In this document: positions 37,608 through 46,718 of the stretch, piece after piece | How positions within the stretch are numbered: position 1 is the first letter of the stretch | How the letters are laid out: every line of letters starts with the position of its first letter | Source of the DNA: Nanobdellota archaeon | Lineage (GTDB): Archaea; Nanobdellota; Nanobdellia; Woesearchaeales; WJKV01 | Reading direction: 5' to 3' | DNA: 64,000 bases | NCBI GenBank assembly: GCA_023133595.1 | Contig: JAGLWF010000005.1 | Coordinates: 29,640 to 93,639, forward strand | The notes under the pieces: generated by a model | Database searches by the model: none | Told to the model about the DNA's origin: nothing | What the model saw: only the letters and a program-made list of their open reading frames with translations | Made by a program: the position numbers and the translations under genes

Positions 37608-38346
37608 CTTTCCTCTTCTTTTTCAGAAGCTCTACTTCAATCTCTCCAAAATGTTTCTGCTGGTTAAGATTGACTCTTCTTTCATTAGAAAGATGCAGTA
37701 GTGGAATGAACGTGAAAACTTTGCTCTCTTTATCTTCAGATGGTAGAAGCTGTGAAAAAGTCAATGCTTTTTTACCATTTTTCTTGAAGTAATCCTTGAT
37801 CTGGTTATATACTCCGACAATGACTTCAGAAATATCCATTGCATCTGGTAATTGTAATTTTCTCTGCGCAGCTGGAAGTGCACGAACAACCCTTCTCTTT
37901 CTTACATCCATTGCTTTTTCCAGCGCCTCTACTAGATCAAAGACAGAAACTTTTCTTTTCCTAGGTTGTGGCGTCTTTGGGTATAACGGAGTATCACTAT
38001 CTTCCTGCGCAAACAATGGTTCAAGCAGATTAACATCATCGTAATCTTCTGCATAAGCAGCCTGTTCCTGGGTCTGTTGGAATAACCTGTCTAACTGCGC
38101 TAGTTCTTGACCGACCAATCGCTTGGATTTGACTTTCAAAAGTAAAGCAGAAGCAAGAATAACCTTGCCAGAGATCTTCAGGTCTGTAACCTTCATCTTT
38201 CTGACAGAATCTAGGTATGATTTGGCAAGCTTTGAAACATCAATGTCCCATGGATCCATTCCTTCTTGCCGGACCAGCTCCATGAGCAAAGATTGCCATG
38301 TAATCTCATTTTCATCAAATATCAGCTTATAGACTTGCTCTTCCAT
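37597..38346 (-). CDS. scpA: Segregation and condensation protein A (kleisin).
   Basis: N-terminal WQSLLMELVRQEGMDPWDIDVSKLAKSYL and C-terminal winged-helix region fit the ScpA pattern. Confidence 0.65.
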   Translation of the reverse strand: MEEQVYKLIFDENEITWQSLLMELVRQEGMDPWDIDVSKLAKSYLDSVRKMKVTDLKISGKVILASALLLKVKSKRLVGQELAQLDRLFQQTQEQAAYAEDYDDVNLLEPLFAQEDSDTPLYPKTPQPRKRKVSVFDLVEALEKAMDVRKRRVVRALPAAQRKLQLPDAMDISEVIVGVYNQIKDYFKKNGKKALTFSQLLPSEDKESKVFTFIPLLHLSNERRVNLNQQKHFGEIEVELLKKKRKATA

Positions 38347-38369
38347 GTAGAAAATGTATGTTTTGGGAT

Positions 38370-39473
38370 TTATAAAGCTTTCGGTTTGAGCCTTTTGAGG
38401 AATTCCTGCTTGAAAGTGCTGAATTCGTTGTTTTTAATGGCTGTACGGGCATCTTCTATCATCTTCTGCATAAAATGCAGATTATGGATGGTTGCCAGTC
38501 TCAGACCCAAGGTCTCTTTGACAAAGAGGAGATGTGCTACATACGATCTTGAGAAATTCTTGCAGGTATAGCATTCGCAGCCTTCTTCGATCGGACCATA
38601 ATCGCGTTTGAATGAAGAGATCTTTATCGGCCCGTTCCCTGTGAACAATGTTCCCCTTCTTGCGTTTTTTGTTGGATAGACAGAATCAAAAATATCACAG
38701 CCGATATCAATCGCTTCAAGAATTGTATCAGGTGAACCAAGACCCATAAAATATCTTGGCTTATCTTTATCAATATGCGGCAGCTGCCAGTTTAATGCCT
38801 GCACTGCCTGTTCTTTTGACTCTCCAATTGCCAAGCCACCAAACGCAACACCGTCAAGTTTCATCTCATTAATTTTTTTCGCACTTTTTTCTCTGAGATC
38901 CTTGAAAGTTCCTCCCTGCGTGATCCCAAACAATAGTTGTTTTTCATCAGTATATTTTTTTGCGACAATACAACGCTCTGCCCATGCATGCGTTCTCTTT
39001 ACCGCGCCTGCAATATAATCATAATCCCGTCCATAATGCGGAACATCGTCAAGGCACATTGCAACATCTGCACCCAAACCATGCTGTATCTGGATAGATT
39101 TTTCTGGAGTCAATGTCTGCTTCACACCTGAGAATGGATCCCTGAATCTTATTGCTCTATCATTCAGGTCGACAAGCATTGTCTTGCTCAGAACTTGAAA
39201 ACCACCGCTGTCAGTGAAGATGCATCTGTCAAAGTTCATGTACTTGTGGATGCCACCACCCTGTTTAATAATATCAATCCCTGGTCTTAATGATAAGATA
39301 AATGCATTGCAGATGATTGCATTGACATTCATCCTGTACAATTCTTCTGGCAGCATATTCTTGACTGCGGCCTTAGTGCCGACTGGCATATAGAAAGGAC
39401 TCTCTACTTTGCCGTGCTTTGTATGCAAGACACCGCAACGTGCCCCCCCTGATTCTGCCTTTAATTCAAACAT
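38370..39473 (-). CDS. tgt: tRNA-guanine transglycosylase (QueTGT family, archaeosine-type).
   Basis: FYMPVGTKAAVK, TDSGGFQV, Zn site CECYTCKNFSRSYVAHL. Start at Met 39473 is preferred over ORF-track 39611, with a TATA at 39497-39506. Confidence 0.8.
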   Translation of the reverse strand: MFELKAESGGARCGVLHTKHGKVESPFYMPVGTKAAVKNMLPEELYRMNVNAIICNAFILSLRPGIDIIKQGGGIHKYMNFDRCIFTDSGGFQVLSKTMLVDLNDRAIRFRDPFSGVKQTLTPEKSIQIQHGLGADVAMCLDDVPHYGRDYDYIAGAVKRTHAWAERCIVAKKYTDEKQLLFGITQGGTFKDLREKSAKKINEMKLDGVAFGGLAIGESKEQAVQALNWQLPHIDKDKPRYFMGLGSPDTILEAIDIGCDIFDSVYPTKNARRGTLFTGNGPIKISSFKRDYGPIEEGCECYTCKNFSRSYVAHLLFVKETLGLRLATIHNLHFMQKMIEDARTAIKNNEFSTFKQEFLKRLKPKAL

Positions 39474-39617
39474 GGATGGTTTTAGAAATAGGCAGTTTAT
39501 ATAATTTGTCACATTTCCCTCAAAAATCACAAAATTGTGATTTTTGGGGCCCAAAATACCCAAAGGGTATTTTGTTGTATCAAAAAACATATAAAGACAG
39601 AAAATGTTCAAGGTACC

Positions 39618-40520
39618 ATGAAAAGAGGATTGATAGTATTGATTTTGATTCTTATGCTTGTTCCAATCTCTATAGCATCAGACGAATACTATCTGCCTGG
39701 AGAGGAGCCAGAACAACCAACTGTTCAAGAACAAGCTCCAGTTGTATCAACAACAGCACAAGAAAAACAGATAGTGGTTGATAACTATTACCAAATAATA
39801 GATCTATCAAAGGCAGGATTAAATTTCTGCAGAAAAAAAGAGCACGCGTCTGCAATAGAAAAATTGAATGAAGCGCACGAGCTTGCAAATGATCTCGAAT
39901 ACGTTAACAGTGCATTTAAGAGATTGACTACTCTCTTGAAAGTCTGGATTTTATGTGCCAGTTACCAGGAAGAAAGTGATGATCAGGTTGATTATATCCT
40001 AGGAGCTGGAAGAACAACAGAAAGTGCAATGGAAAAAGCAGAGGCTTATATCCAAGCCCACAATATCCGCGCTGCCCAGATGTTTTTTATCACAGCTGGT
40101 TCCTGGGAAAAGATGAGGTACCGGGGAAGAAATCTGGAAACACCTTATGATCAAAAATATACTTGCGAGATGGAACTGTATTGTCTTGAAAAAGCAAAAG
40201 AGCTTGAGTTTCCGCAGGCAGACGCAGCACTCAACAAACTGGCATCGTCAGGAGAGTGCGAAGGTTTCTCAGCAGTTGCTCCAGAAGAACAAGCACCAAT
40301 AAGAACAGAAGAAGAGCAGGAAATATTTGAAGAGCTGCTTGAACCAAAAGCTGAAGAAGTAAAACCAGAACCACAAGAACCAACAGTAGAAGTTGAAGAA
40401 AAAGTACCAGCACCGACAGAATCAAAAAAGCTTTCACTTCTCTTTGCTATAATATCAATCTTTGCGATCATTTTTATTATCTGCGCAGTCATTCTGATTT
40501 TAAAGAAAAAGTATTCTTAA
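39618..40520 (+). CDS. Secreted, C-terminally TM-anchored surface protein with a Glu/Pro-rich linker.
   Basis: Signal peptide MKRGLIVLILILMLVPISIA from the internal Met at 39618. C-terminal LSLLFAIISIFAIIFIICAVILILKKKYS. Confidence 0.6.
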   Translation: MKRGLIVLILILMLVPISIASDEYYLPGEEPEQPTVQEQAPVVSTTAQEKQIVVDNYYQIIDLSKAGLNFCRKKEHASAIEKLNEAHELANDLEYVNSAFKRLTTLLKVWILCASYQEESDDQVDYILGAGRTTESAMEKAEAYIQAHNIRAAQMFFITAGSWEKMRYRGRNLETPYDQKYTCEMELYCLEKAKELEFPQADAALNKLASSGECEGFSAVAPEEQAPIRTEEEQEIFEELLEPKAEEVKPEPQEPTVEVEEKVPAPTESKKLSLLFAIISIFAIIFIICAVILILKKKYS

Positions 40521-40523
40521 GGA

Positions 40524-40594
40524 TGCGCCGACCGGGAATCGAACCCGGGCCAGACCCGTGGCAGGGGTCTATTGTACCACTCAACCACCGGCGC
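40524..40594 (-). tRNA. tRNA-Gly(GCC).
   Basis: Manual cloverleaf GCGCCGG-T-G-GTTG...GACCC-CTGCCAC-GGGTC...CCGGG-TTCGATT-CCCGG-TCGGCGC-A. Anticodon GCC, discriminator A73. Confidence 0.8.
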
Positions 40595-40643
40595 GTGATA
40601 TTCTGAAAAATATACAGACTATATATAAACCTAATGGAGAAAT

Positions 40644-41588
40644 CTATTCAGGCGCTTTTATCTGGCCTTCTACTGTGATGATTGCTGAAGGTTTTGCTTT
40701 TGTCTCGACTTTTATCCTTCCTGTTGAATCTGCAGTGGTTGTTATTTCTGCTTCAAGCTCTGTTCCGCTCGGATCATAGACTTTGATTATGACTTCTGAA
40801 TCAGGTACAAAGATCCCAAGCGATGAGACTTGTCCTCTTTCATTCACAAAGATGTCATCACCTTCAACATATTCAGAAGCATCAAAGCTTTGTGTGATAT
40901 CATCGTAAGTTGTTGGGTTGAAGCCTAATTCCAGTTCTGTATTGTCTGGAATACCGTCACCATCACTGTCTGCTTTCAGTGGATTTGTACCAAGGGCAAT
41001 TTCAAGTGCATCTATCAATCCGTCCCCGTCAAAATCATCAAGCGGAATGTTCAATGTTGTTGAGACATAATCATTGAATGCTGCAATCTCTTCTTTGTCA
41101 ATAATTCCGTCACCATTTGCATCAATCAGATCAGTCAAAGGTGTTTGTGATTCATCTTCAGGAGTCTCTGGATCGTCAGCAGGAACAGGATAATATTTTT
41201 TTGTCTTTGGATCAGGCACTTTCTTGTATTTTGGCGGTTCCTTTTTTGGCGGTTCTGGTATTGGTTCTAGTTTTGGTAGTTCTTCTTTTTTAATTTTTTC
41301 AGGAACTTTCAGGAATATTTTTCCTAGATGTTCATATTGAACAAACGGAACCTGTTTTATCACACCGCGCATCTCTATGACTTCTCTTCCAGGAACAATC
41401 ACAGATTCGTACTCTTGCGCAAAAGCAGCTTCAAAACCAAGCAAAATTCCGCCTCCGATCGGAAGAGCGCTCAATGCTTCCATGATTGAATCTGTTTTTC
41501 TCTGCTCTGCATCTGCCTGTGCAAACACAAGACTAGAACATAGTATAAACATCAGCATGAACGTAATTAGCTTCTTCATCATCACCAT
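40644..41588 (-). CDS. Secreted protein with dockerin-like / EF-hand-like Ca-binding repeats, a Pro/Lys-rich linker and a C-terminal beta-domain.
   Basis: Signal peptide MVMMKKLITFMLMFILCSSLVFA. Repeats DANGDGIIDKEEI, DFDGDGLIDALEI, DSDGDGIPDNTEL. Confidence 0.7.
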   Translation of the reverse strand: MVMMKKLITFMLMFILCSSLVFAQADAEQRKTDSIMEALSALPIGGGILLGFEAAFAQEYESVIVPGREVIEMRGVIKQVPFVQYEHLGKIFLKVPEKIKKEELPKLEPIPEPPKKEPPKYKKVPDPKTKKYYPVPADDPETPEDESQTPLTDLIDANGDGIIDKEEIAAFNDYVSTTLNIPLDDFDGDGLIDALEIALGTNPLKADSDGDGIPDNTELELGFNPTTYDDITQSFDASEYVEGDDIFVNERGQVSSLGIFVPDSEVIIKVYDPSGTELEAEITTTADSTGRIKVETKAKPSAIITVEGQIKAPE

Positions 41589-41633
41589 TTATCGACAAAG
41601 AATTCTCCTATATAAATTTAATGAAAAAAAGAG

Positions 41634-41706
41634 TGGGTCCACCCGGATTCGAACCGGGGACCTACGCCGTGTAAGGGCGTTGTCATAACCACTAGACTAT
41701 GGACCC
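41634..41706 (-). tRNA. tRNA-Val(UAC).
   Basis: Manual fold GGGTCCA...ACGCC-CTTACAC-GGCGT...CCCGG-TTCGAAT-CCGGG-TGGACCC-A. Anticodon TAC. Confidence 0.8.
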
Positions 41707-41708
41707 AA

Positions 41709-41863
41709 TGAGCCCGAGGGGACTTTCATAGAAACAAAAGGGTTTTGGATTAAAAGTTTTCTGCTTCTGTTTTGAACCCCTGACCACTGGCTGTCTTAGT
41801 CAACTCTGATACCAGAGCGTGGACATATAAGACCAGCGCTCCACCAGACTAAGCTACGGGCTC
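41709..41863 (-). tRNA. Candidate tRNA (anticodon UAU, Ile-like) with two introns: ~33 nt at 37/38 in the anticodon loop and ~48 nt in the T-loop.
   Basis: 5' exon GAGCCCG-TA-GCTT-AGTCTGGTG-GAGC-G-CTGGT-CTTATA, 3' part A-GCCAG-TGGTC-AGGGG-TTCAAAA...[48 nt]...CCCCT-CGGGCTC-A. All four stems pair only if both inserts are removed. Confidence 0.5.
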
Positions 41864-41924
41864 GTGATTATGTCTGATAGTCAAATGGTTGCTTATAAAA
41901 GTTGCGATATAAAAACCGCAATAA

Positions 41925-41932
41925 GCTTTATA
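41925..41932 (+). promoter_or_regulatory. TATA box (TTTATATA) for the L1-L10-L12 operon, leaving a ~50-nt 5' leader.
   Basis: Seen in sequence. GGAGGAG SD-like element just upstream of the L1 ATG. Confidence 0.5.
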
Positions 41933-42008
41933 TATGGGCTCTTTTTCCTTATACATATTGAGGGGATGCTTCCCGCATTGACTATCCTGTGGATAGGAGG
42001 AGAAAGCT

Positions 42009-42650
42009 ATGGAAATCAAGCAAATTCAAGCTGCTATCAATAAAGCACGTGACGCTTCTAGAAAACGTAAGTTTAATCAGACTTTTGATCTAATTGTAAA
42101 TCTAAAAAATATTGACCTGAAAAAAAATAAAGTGGAGATCTTTGTGGATCTGCACCATGAGAAAGGAAAGAAGATCAAGGTCTGCGCTCTAGTTGGTCCT
42201 GAATTGTTGGATCAGGCAAAAACAGCTTGCGACCATGCGATTGTCTCTGAAGATTTTGGAGATCTGGATAAAAAGAAAATAAAAGAGCTGGCAAAGACTT
42301 ACGATTTCTTTATCGCACAGGCAACCATAATGCCGAAGATTGCTCAGACTTTCGGACGTGTATTCGGTCCGCTGGGGAAGATGCCTAATCCAAAAGCAGG
42401 TTGTATTGTACCGCCTACAGCAAACCTTAAACCACTATATGAAAAATTGCAGAGATTGGTTAAAGTAAGTGCACAAAAACAACCAGTTATACAATGCGCA
42501 ATTGGAACAGAAAATCTTGATGATGCGATAATCGCTGATAATTATCTGACAATTTACAAAGCACTGATCACAAACCTGCCTAATAGAGAAAATAATATCA
42601 AAAAAGGTTTCATCAAACTGACAATGGGGCCTGCAGTAGGAGTTGAATAA
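42009..42650 (+). CDS. rpl1: Ribosomal protein L1.
   Basis: 213 aa. Typical L1 N-terminus and a FxGxxGxMP-type motif (FGRVFGPLGKMPNPKAG). Confidence 0.9.
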   Translation: MEIKQIQAAINKARDASRKRKFNQTFDLIVNLKNIDLKKNKVEIFVDLHHEKGKKIKVCALVGPELLDQAKTACDHAIVSEDFGDLDKKKIKELAKTYDFFIAQATIMPKIAQTFGRVFGPLGKMPNPKAGCIVPPTANLKPLYEKLQRLVKVSAQKQPVIQCAIGTENLDDAIIADNYLTIYKALITNLPNRENNIKKGFIKLTMGPAVGVE

Positions 42651-43500
42651 AATGCCAGCAGATTGGAAAAAACGATTGATAAAGGAATATGAAAAATTAA
42701 TAGAAGAATATCCAGTCATTGGCATCGTTGATTTTACTTCATTGCCAGTTCTTCAGCTGCAGCAGATGAGAGAAAAATTGAGAAAAGATGTTGTTGTAAG
42801 AGGCGGAAGAAAAAAATTATTCGGACGTGCAATCGATAATATGAACAAGAAGATTGCAGGACTTGAAAAATTAAAGGAATATGCTGAAAAAGGATTACCC
42901 GGACTCATATTCACAAAAGAAAATCCATTCTCGTTATACAAAAAATTGCAGAAATCCAAGAGTTCTGCGCCTGCAAAAGCAGGACAGATCGCACCTAAAG
43001 ACATCGTTGTTCCTGCAGGGCCAACAAGCTTCTCACCAGGTCCGATTATTGGTGAGCTGGGAAGTGCAGGAATTAAAGCCGGAATCGAGGGTGGAAAAGT
43101 TGTGATAAAAGCAGATTCAACTGTTGTAAAAGAAGGTGAAGTGATAAAAGCACAGGTTGCTGGTTTGCTTTCACGTTTAGGTATTAATCCGATGGAGATC
43201 GGCCTGAACATTGTTGCTATTTTTGAAGCAGGAACAGTATATCCTAAGTCTGTGCTTGCAATTGACGAAGACAAGTTTATGAGTGACTTGACAACAGCGG
43301 GACAGTGGGCGTTCAATCTTGCAATGAATGCAGGAATATTGACTAAAGAGACAACAGAATTAATGATAACCAAAGCATTTAACGATGCTAAAGCTTTGGC
43401 ATTGGCACAAGAAATTATGGCTGATGCTGTTACAGAAGAGTTGCTTGCCAAAGCAAACGCACAAATGCAGTCTGTGAAGCAGACAGCAAAAATTGAGTGA
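42643..43500 (+). CDS. rpl10: Ribosomal protein L10 (acidic ribosomal protein P0 homolog).
   Basis: Follows L1 with an 8-nt overlap. P0-like domain order. Confidence 0.85.
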   Translation: MNKMPADWKKRLIKEYEKLIEEYPVIGIVDFTSLPVLQLQQMREKLRKDVVVRGGRKKLFGRAIDNMNKKIAGLEKLKEYAEKGLPGLIFTKENPFSLYKKLQKSKSSAPAKAGQIAPKDIVVPAGPTSFSPGPIIGELGSAGIKAGIEGGKVVIKADSTVVKEGEVIKAQVAGLLSRLGINPMEIGLNIVAIFEAGTVYPKSVLAIDEDKFMSDLTTAGQWAFNLAMNAGILTKETTELMITKAFNDAKALALAQEIMADAVTEELLAKANAQMQSVKQTAKIE

Positions 43501-43542
43501 TATTTTCCAATCATGGTTGAGAAATATCAGGAGGTCAGAAAA

Positions 43543-43854
43543 ATGGAATACATCTATGCCGCGATGTTGATTCATAAAGCAGGGAAAAAGATAGATGAAG
43601 AAACACTTAAGAAAGTATTGAGTGCAGCTGGAGCAACTGCCGACGAGGCTCGAGTTAAAGCTACTGTTGCAGCTCTTGACGGTGTTAATATTGATGAAGC
43701 TATTACCAAAGCAGCTATTGCAGCACCTGTCGCTGCTGCCGCACCAAGCGCAGCACCAGCAGAAGGTGATAAAGCAAAGAAGAAAGAAAAGCCTAAAGAC
43801 GAAGGGAAATCAGAAGCAGAAGCAGCTGCAGGACTGGGTAGCCTATTCGGTTAA
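43543..43854 (+). CDS. rpl12: Ribosomal stalk protein L12/P1.
   Basis: [20 protein letters not shown]...GLGSLFG with an acidic Ala-rich hinge. Start at the internal Met 43543 is preferred. Confidence 0.85.
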   Translation: MEYIYAAMLIHKAGKKIDEETLKKVLSAAGATADEARVKATVAALDGVNIDEAITKAAIAAPVAAAAPSAAPAEGDKAKKKEKPKDEGKSEAEAAAGLGSLFG

Positions 43855-43885
43855 TTTTTTTATTTTATTTTTTTATTGACGACGA
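43855..43885 (+). terminator. Oligo-T tract (TTTTTTTATTTTATTTTTTTATT), archaeal-type terminator after rpl12.
   Basis: Seen in sequence directly after the stop codon. Confidence 0.45.
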
Positions 43886-43903
43886 CATTTTAGTGATTTC
43901 AAG

Positions 43904-44812
43904 TTGGATATGCCACTGATAAAAATGGAAGAAAAGAACAAAAAAGATTTAAAAGCTTATGATCAGGAGATTGCCGGGCTCAAAGAGGTCTATAACAAAC
44001 TTTACATAGAGAAAGAGTCGTGGGCAAAGAAAAAATCCGAGATAGGTCAAAAGATTTCTGAGATTATCACTGAGATCAAGCGTATGAAACAGAGCAGAAG
44101 AAGCTATAATAAATTGATACAAGACCTGAAAAAAGAGCGTGATAAGAAGAATGCTCTGGTCAAGGAACATATAGATAAAATAAAAGAACTGGAGAAAAAG
44201 AAGAAGGATATGTCGAGAGGACTGAAAGTAAATCCTATGGCTCTGAAAAGAGAGATAGATAATCTAAATACAAAGATGGAGACAGAAGTTCTATCGATGA
44301 ACAAAGAGAAAGCATTGATGAAAAAGATAAAAGCGCTGAAAAAAGAATATGGAAAGGTCGCAGAAGTTGTCAAAGTCCTTGAAGAAGCCGAAAAAGTAGA
44401 GAAGATAATCAAAGAGAAAAGAAAAGATGCAAAAGAGATCCACGATAAAGTGCAGGAGATGGCAAAGAAAAGCGAGGAGCGCCATCAGAACGTCCTCGAG
44501 ATGGCAAAGAAAGTCGACGAACTAAGAGAACAGGAAGAAGCTGTTGCTAAACAGTTCCAGAAGAAAAAAGAGGAATGCGCAGTATTAGAGAAGAAATTAA
44601 AGATAAATCTTGAAAAAGCAACAGAGATCAAAGGAAGAGAGAGGAAAAAGAGACAAGCAAAAAAGAGAGTTGCTGAGAAGAAAGCGCAAGAGACAATAAA
44701 AGCAAAATCTCAAGAGGCTGAAGAGAAACTAAAAAAGAGACAAAAATTGACAACAGAGGACCTTCTAGCGCTTCAAGCTAAAGAAGATAGAGATACTAAA
44801 AAGAAGAAATAA
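43904..44812 (+). CDS. Lys/Glu-rich coiled-coil protein (302 aa), unknown function.
   Basis: ORF track. Continuous heptad-like KE-rich sequence. Confidence 0.5.
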   Translation: MDMPLIKMEEKNKKDLKAYDQEIAGLKEVYNKLYIEKESWAKKKSEIGQKISEIITEIKRMKQSRRSYNKLIQDLKKERDKKNALVKEHIDKIKELEKKKKDMSRGLKVNPMALKREIDNLNTKMETEVLSMNKEKALMKKIKALKKEYGKVAEVVKVLEEAEKVEKIIKEKRKDAKEIHDKVQEMAKKSEERHQNVLEMAKKVDELREQEEAVAKQFQKKKEECAVLEKKLKINLEKATEIKGRERKKRQAKKRVAEKKAQETIKAKSQEAEEKLKKRQKLTTEDLLALQAKEDRDTKKKK

Positions 44813-44815
44813 TTC

Positions 44816-45028
44816 TTATTTTGATTTGAATTCTGTAAAACCACACTGTCCGCAGGTCATTCGATCTTTATGCTCAGCCAGGAACACAGCCCTTCCGCAT
44901 TTAGGACATGTCCTGTTCTTTCGTTTTACAGAAGTTCCAGAAACTTCGTATCTAGTGTTAGCGTGCTTTCTTTTCTTTGGTGTTTTAGGTTTACTTTCCT
45001 TTGTTTTCCTTTTTTTCTTTTTTGCCAT
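44816..45028 (-). CDS. rps27ae: Ribosomal protein S27ae.
   Basis: C4 zinc ribbon CPKCG...CGQCG and a basic N-terminus. Confidence 0.8.
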   Translation of the reverse strand: MAKKKKRKTKESKPKTPKKRKHANTRYEVSGTSVKRKNRTCPKCGRAVFLAEHKDRMTCGQCGFTEFKSK

Positions 45029-45030
45029 CT

Positions 45031-45435
45031 TTATGCAGCCTCAGCCTTTTCTTCCTTCTTCACAGCAGGCGTTTCAACAGGCTTCTCTGCTGGAGCTTCT
45101 TCTTTCTTCTCAGCAGGTGCAGCTTCTGTAGGTTTTTCCTCTGCAGGCTTCTCCTCTTTCTTAGGAGTGTTTCTCTTGATTACTTTTTCTGTCTCTGCCT
45201 TTTTCAGGCTTTCAGCATCTTTGTAAACGCGAACTTCAACTTTTCCGGATTTTGATCCGAACTCTGAGAAAATATTCTTGACAACAACAAGATCCTCTTT
45301 CACACCGAGCTGCGCTGCGATCCTATTCTTCAATTCAAGGATTGAGGGAGTAGCACCGTCAAATTCGCACTTTGCGATTATAGTCTCTCGTTGAAATAAT
45401 GCTTCGTCTTTCTTCTCGATAATATCAATCTTCAT
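45031..45435 (-). CDS. rps24e: Ribosomal protein S24e with a KE-rich C-terminal extension.
   Basis: FDGATPSILELKNRIAAQLGVKEDLVVVKNIFSEFG is S24e-like. Confidence 0.8.
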   Translation of the reverse strand: MKIDIIEKKDEALFQRETIIAKCEFDGATPSILELKNRIAAQLGVKEDLVVVKNIFSEFGSKSGKVEVRVYKDAESLKKAETEKVIKRNTPKKEEKPAEEKPTEAAPAEKKEEAPAEKPVETPAVKKEEKAEAA

Positions 45436-45437
45436 TT

Positions 45438-45626
45438 TTATCTTACTTTAATTGCATATTCACCTGCAATTGTCGCTCCTATTTTTTTCGCTATCTCACT
45501 CTTTTCAGGATCTAATATGATAATACGGCCTTTCCAATTGGTTGAAAATTGATTTTTCTTGCAAATAGGACATACGTCTCCAGTGACAAACAGTTTACAG
45601 CCTTTGCATACCTTTTTCATTTTCAC
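45438..45626 (-). CDS. spt4: Transcription elongation factor Spt4 (RpoE'').
   Basis: Zn ribbon CKGC...CPIC, then TNWKGRIIILDPEKSEIAKKIG. Confidence 0.8.
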   Translation of the reverse strand: MKMKKVCKGCKLFVTGDVCPICKKNQFSTNWKGRIIILDPEKSEIAKKIGATIAGEYAIKVR

Positions 45627-45628
45627 AC

Positions 45629-46243
45629 CTATTTCTTCTTCTTTGTTTCTTTCTTAGCAGGTTTTTCTTCTGGTTCTGCTTTTCCTGACTTTTTCTCGGC
45701 ATCTTCCTTTATCCATTCAATTTTCCCAAGACCAGCCTGTCTCATTGTGATACCTATCTTCGGATTTGAGATGTCTTTGAATGATGCTGCGATTATCCGT
45801 GCTCTGCAGTCGTCTCCGATTTTCAAGACACGTTTACTATCTCTTCCTGTAAGTACTTTTTCTTTTGCAAATGAAACAAAATCATCCATTGTCTGTGAGA
45901 TATGTATCATCCCGTCCATTGGACCTAAATTGATGAACGCACCAAAATCAGCCATATCTTTTATTTTTCCAAGGACAACTTCCTGCATCTCTGGCTGGAA
46001 CGTGAATAATGTGAATGTTGTCGGATAGTAAGGCGCACCGTCACCAGGTACAATAACTCCTGTTCCAATACCCTCGATATCACCAACTTCAATCACAGAA
46101 CCAAGACTTTTGGATATGTATCCTTCGTATTTTTCTCTTAGTTGTTTGAATACAGCTTTTTTCACGTCTTCTCCAAGCAGTGTCGGAGGAATACGGATGT
46201 GGTCTTTTAATTTTACAGTGTAAAACATTTTTCCCTCAATCAA
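45629..46243 (-). CDS. rpoE: DNA-directed RNA polymerase subunit E' (Rpb7 homolog) with a KE-rich tail.
   Basis: MFYTVKLKDHIRIPP N-domain plus an S1 domain. The likely start is the Met at 46228. Confidence 0.8.
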   Translation of the reverse strand: MIEGKMFYTVKLKDHIRIPPTLLGEDVKKAVFKQLREKYEGYISKSLGSVIEVGDIEGIGTGVIVPGDGAPYYPTTFTLFTFQPEMQEVVLGKIKDMADFGAFINLGPMDGMIHISQTMDDFVSFAKEKVLTGRDSKRVLKIGDDCRARIIAASFKDISNPKIGITMRQAGLGKIEWIKEDAEKKSGKAEPEEKPAKKETKKKK

Positions 46244-46622
46244 TTATTACGTATTTTTTCTGCCTCAGAAGGATAATCTGAAGCTTTTTTGAATGTGCTT
46301 TTTTCTTTAATGGAATATCCTGAGTTGCTATCAGATATCCGCCTTTCTCTGCAATTTTCAGGATGAGCTCGTCCACATTTTTAAAAGTTTGCGTTTTTGA
46401 GCTCAAAATCTTTATCCTGAATTTCTTCACGAACTGTTTGCCCAGCTTCGCTGCCTTCTGAAATTTCGGCGCTTTCTTGGCAATGATGGTGTCCAGCTCG
46501 TCCATTGTCTTGTCGACGATGAAAAACCGCGCTCGGGGATCCAGATCTCTAATCATGGAAAATATATCAACCCCCAGTGTACCTGGAATTAGCAGGAAAT
46601 TTGTATCCAAGATGATTTTCAT
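46236..46622 (-). CDS. PIN-domain protein (Fcf1/NOB1-like) in the conserved position upstream of rpoE'.
   Basis: MKIILDTNFLL... with acidic residues in PIN positions. Confidence 0.55.
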   Translation of the reverse strand: MKIILDTNFLLIPGTLGVDIFSMIRDLDPRARFFIVDKTMDELDTIIAKKAPKFQKAAKLGKQFVKKFRIKILSSKTQTFKNVDELILKIAEKGGYLIATQDIPLKKKAHSKKLQIILLRQKKYVIID

Positions 46623-46718
46623 TGAATCATATATAGGGTCTCGAATCGGTTTATAAAGGTTGTGTTAAAAAGGGCTGAAACCGACAGATATTTATATCAC
46701 TATGCCACAAATAAGCAG

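Noticed and set aside
41866-42008. Possible additional tRNA or L1-binding regulatory structure in the L1 leader.
   Set aside because: No cloverleaf could be folded. It contains a TATA box and SD-like sequence, so it is more likely a plain promoter and leader.
42753-43514. 253-aa minus-strand ORF opposite rpl10.
   Set aside because: Antisense to a conserved ribosomal protein gene. Composition is low-complexity.
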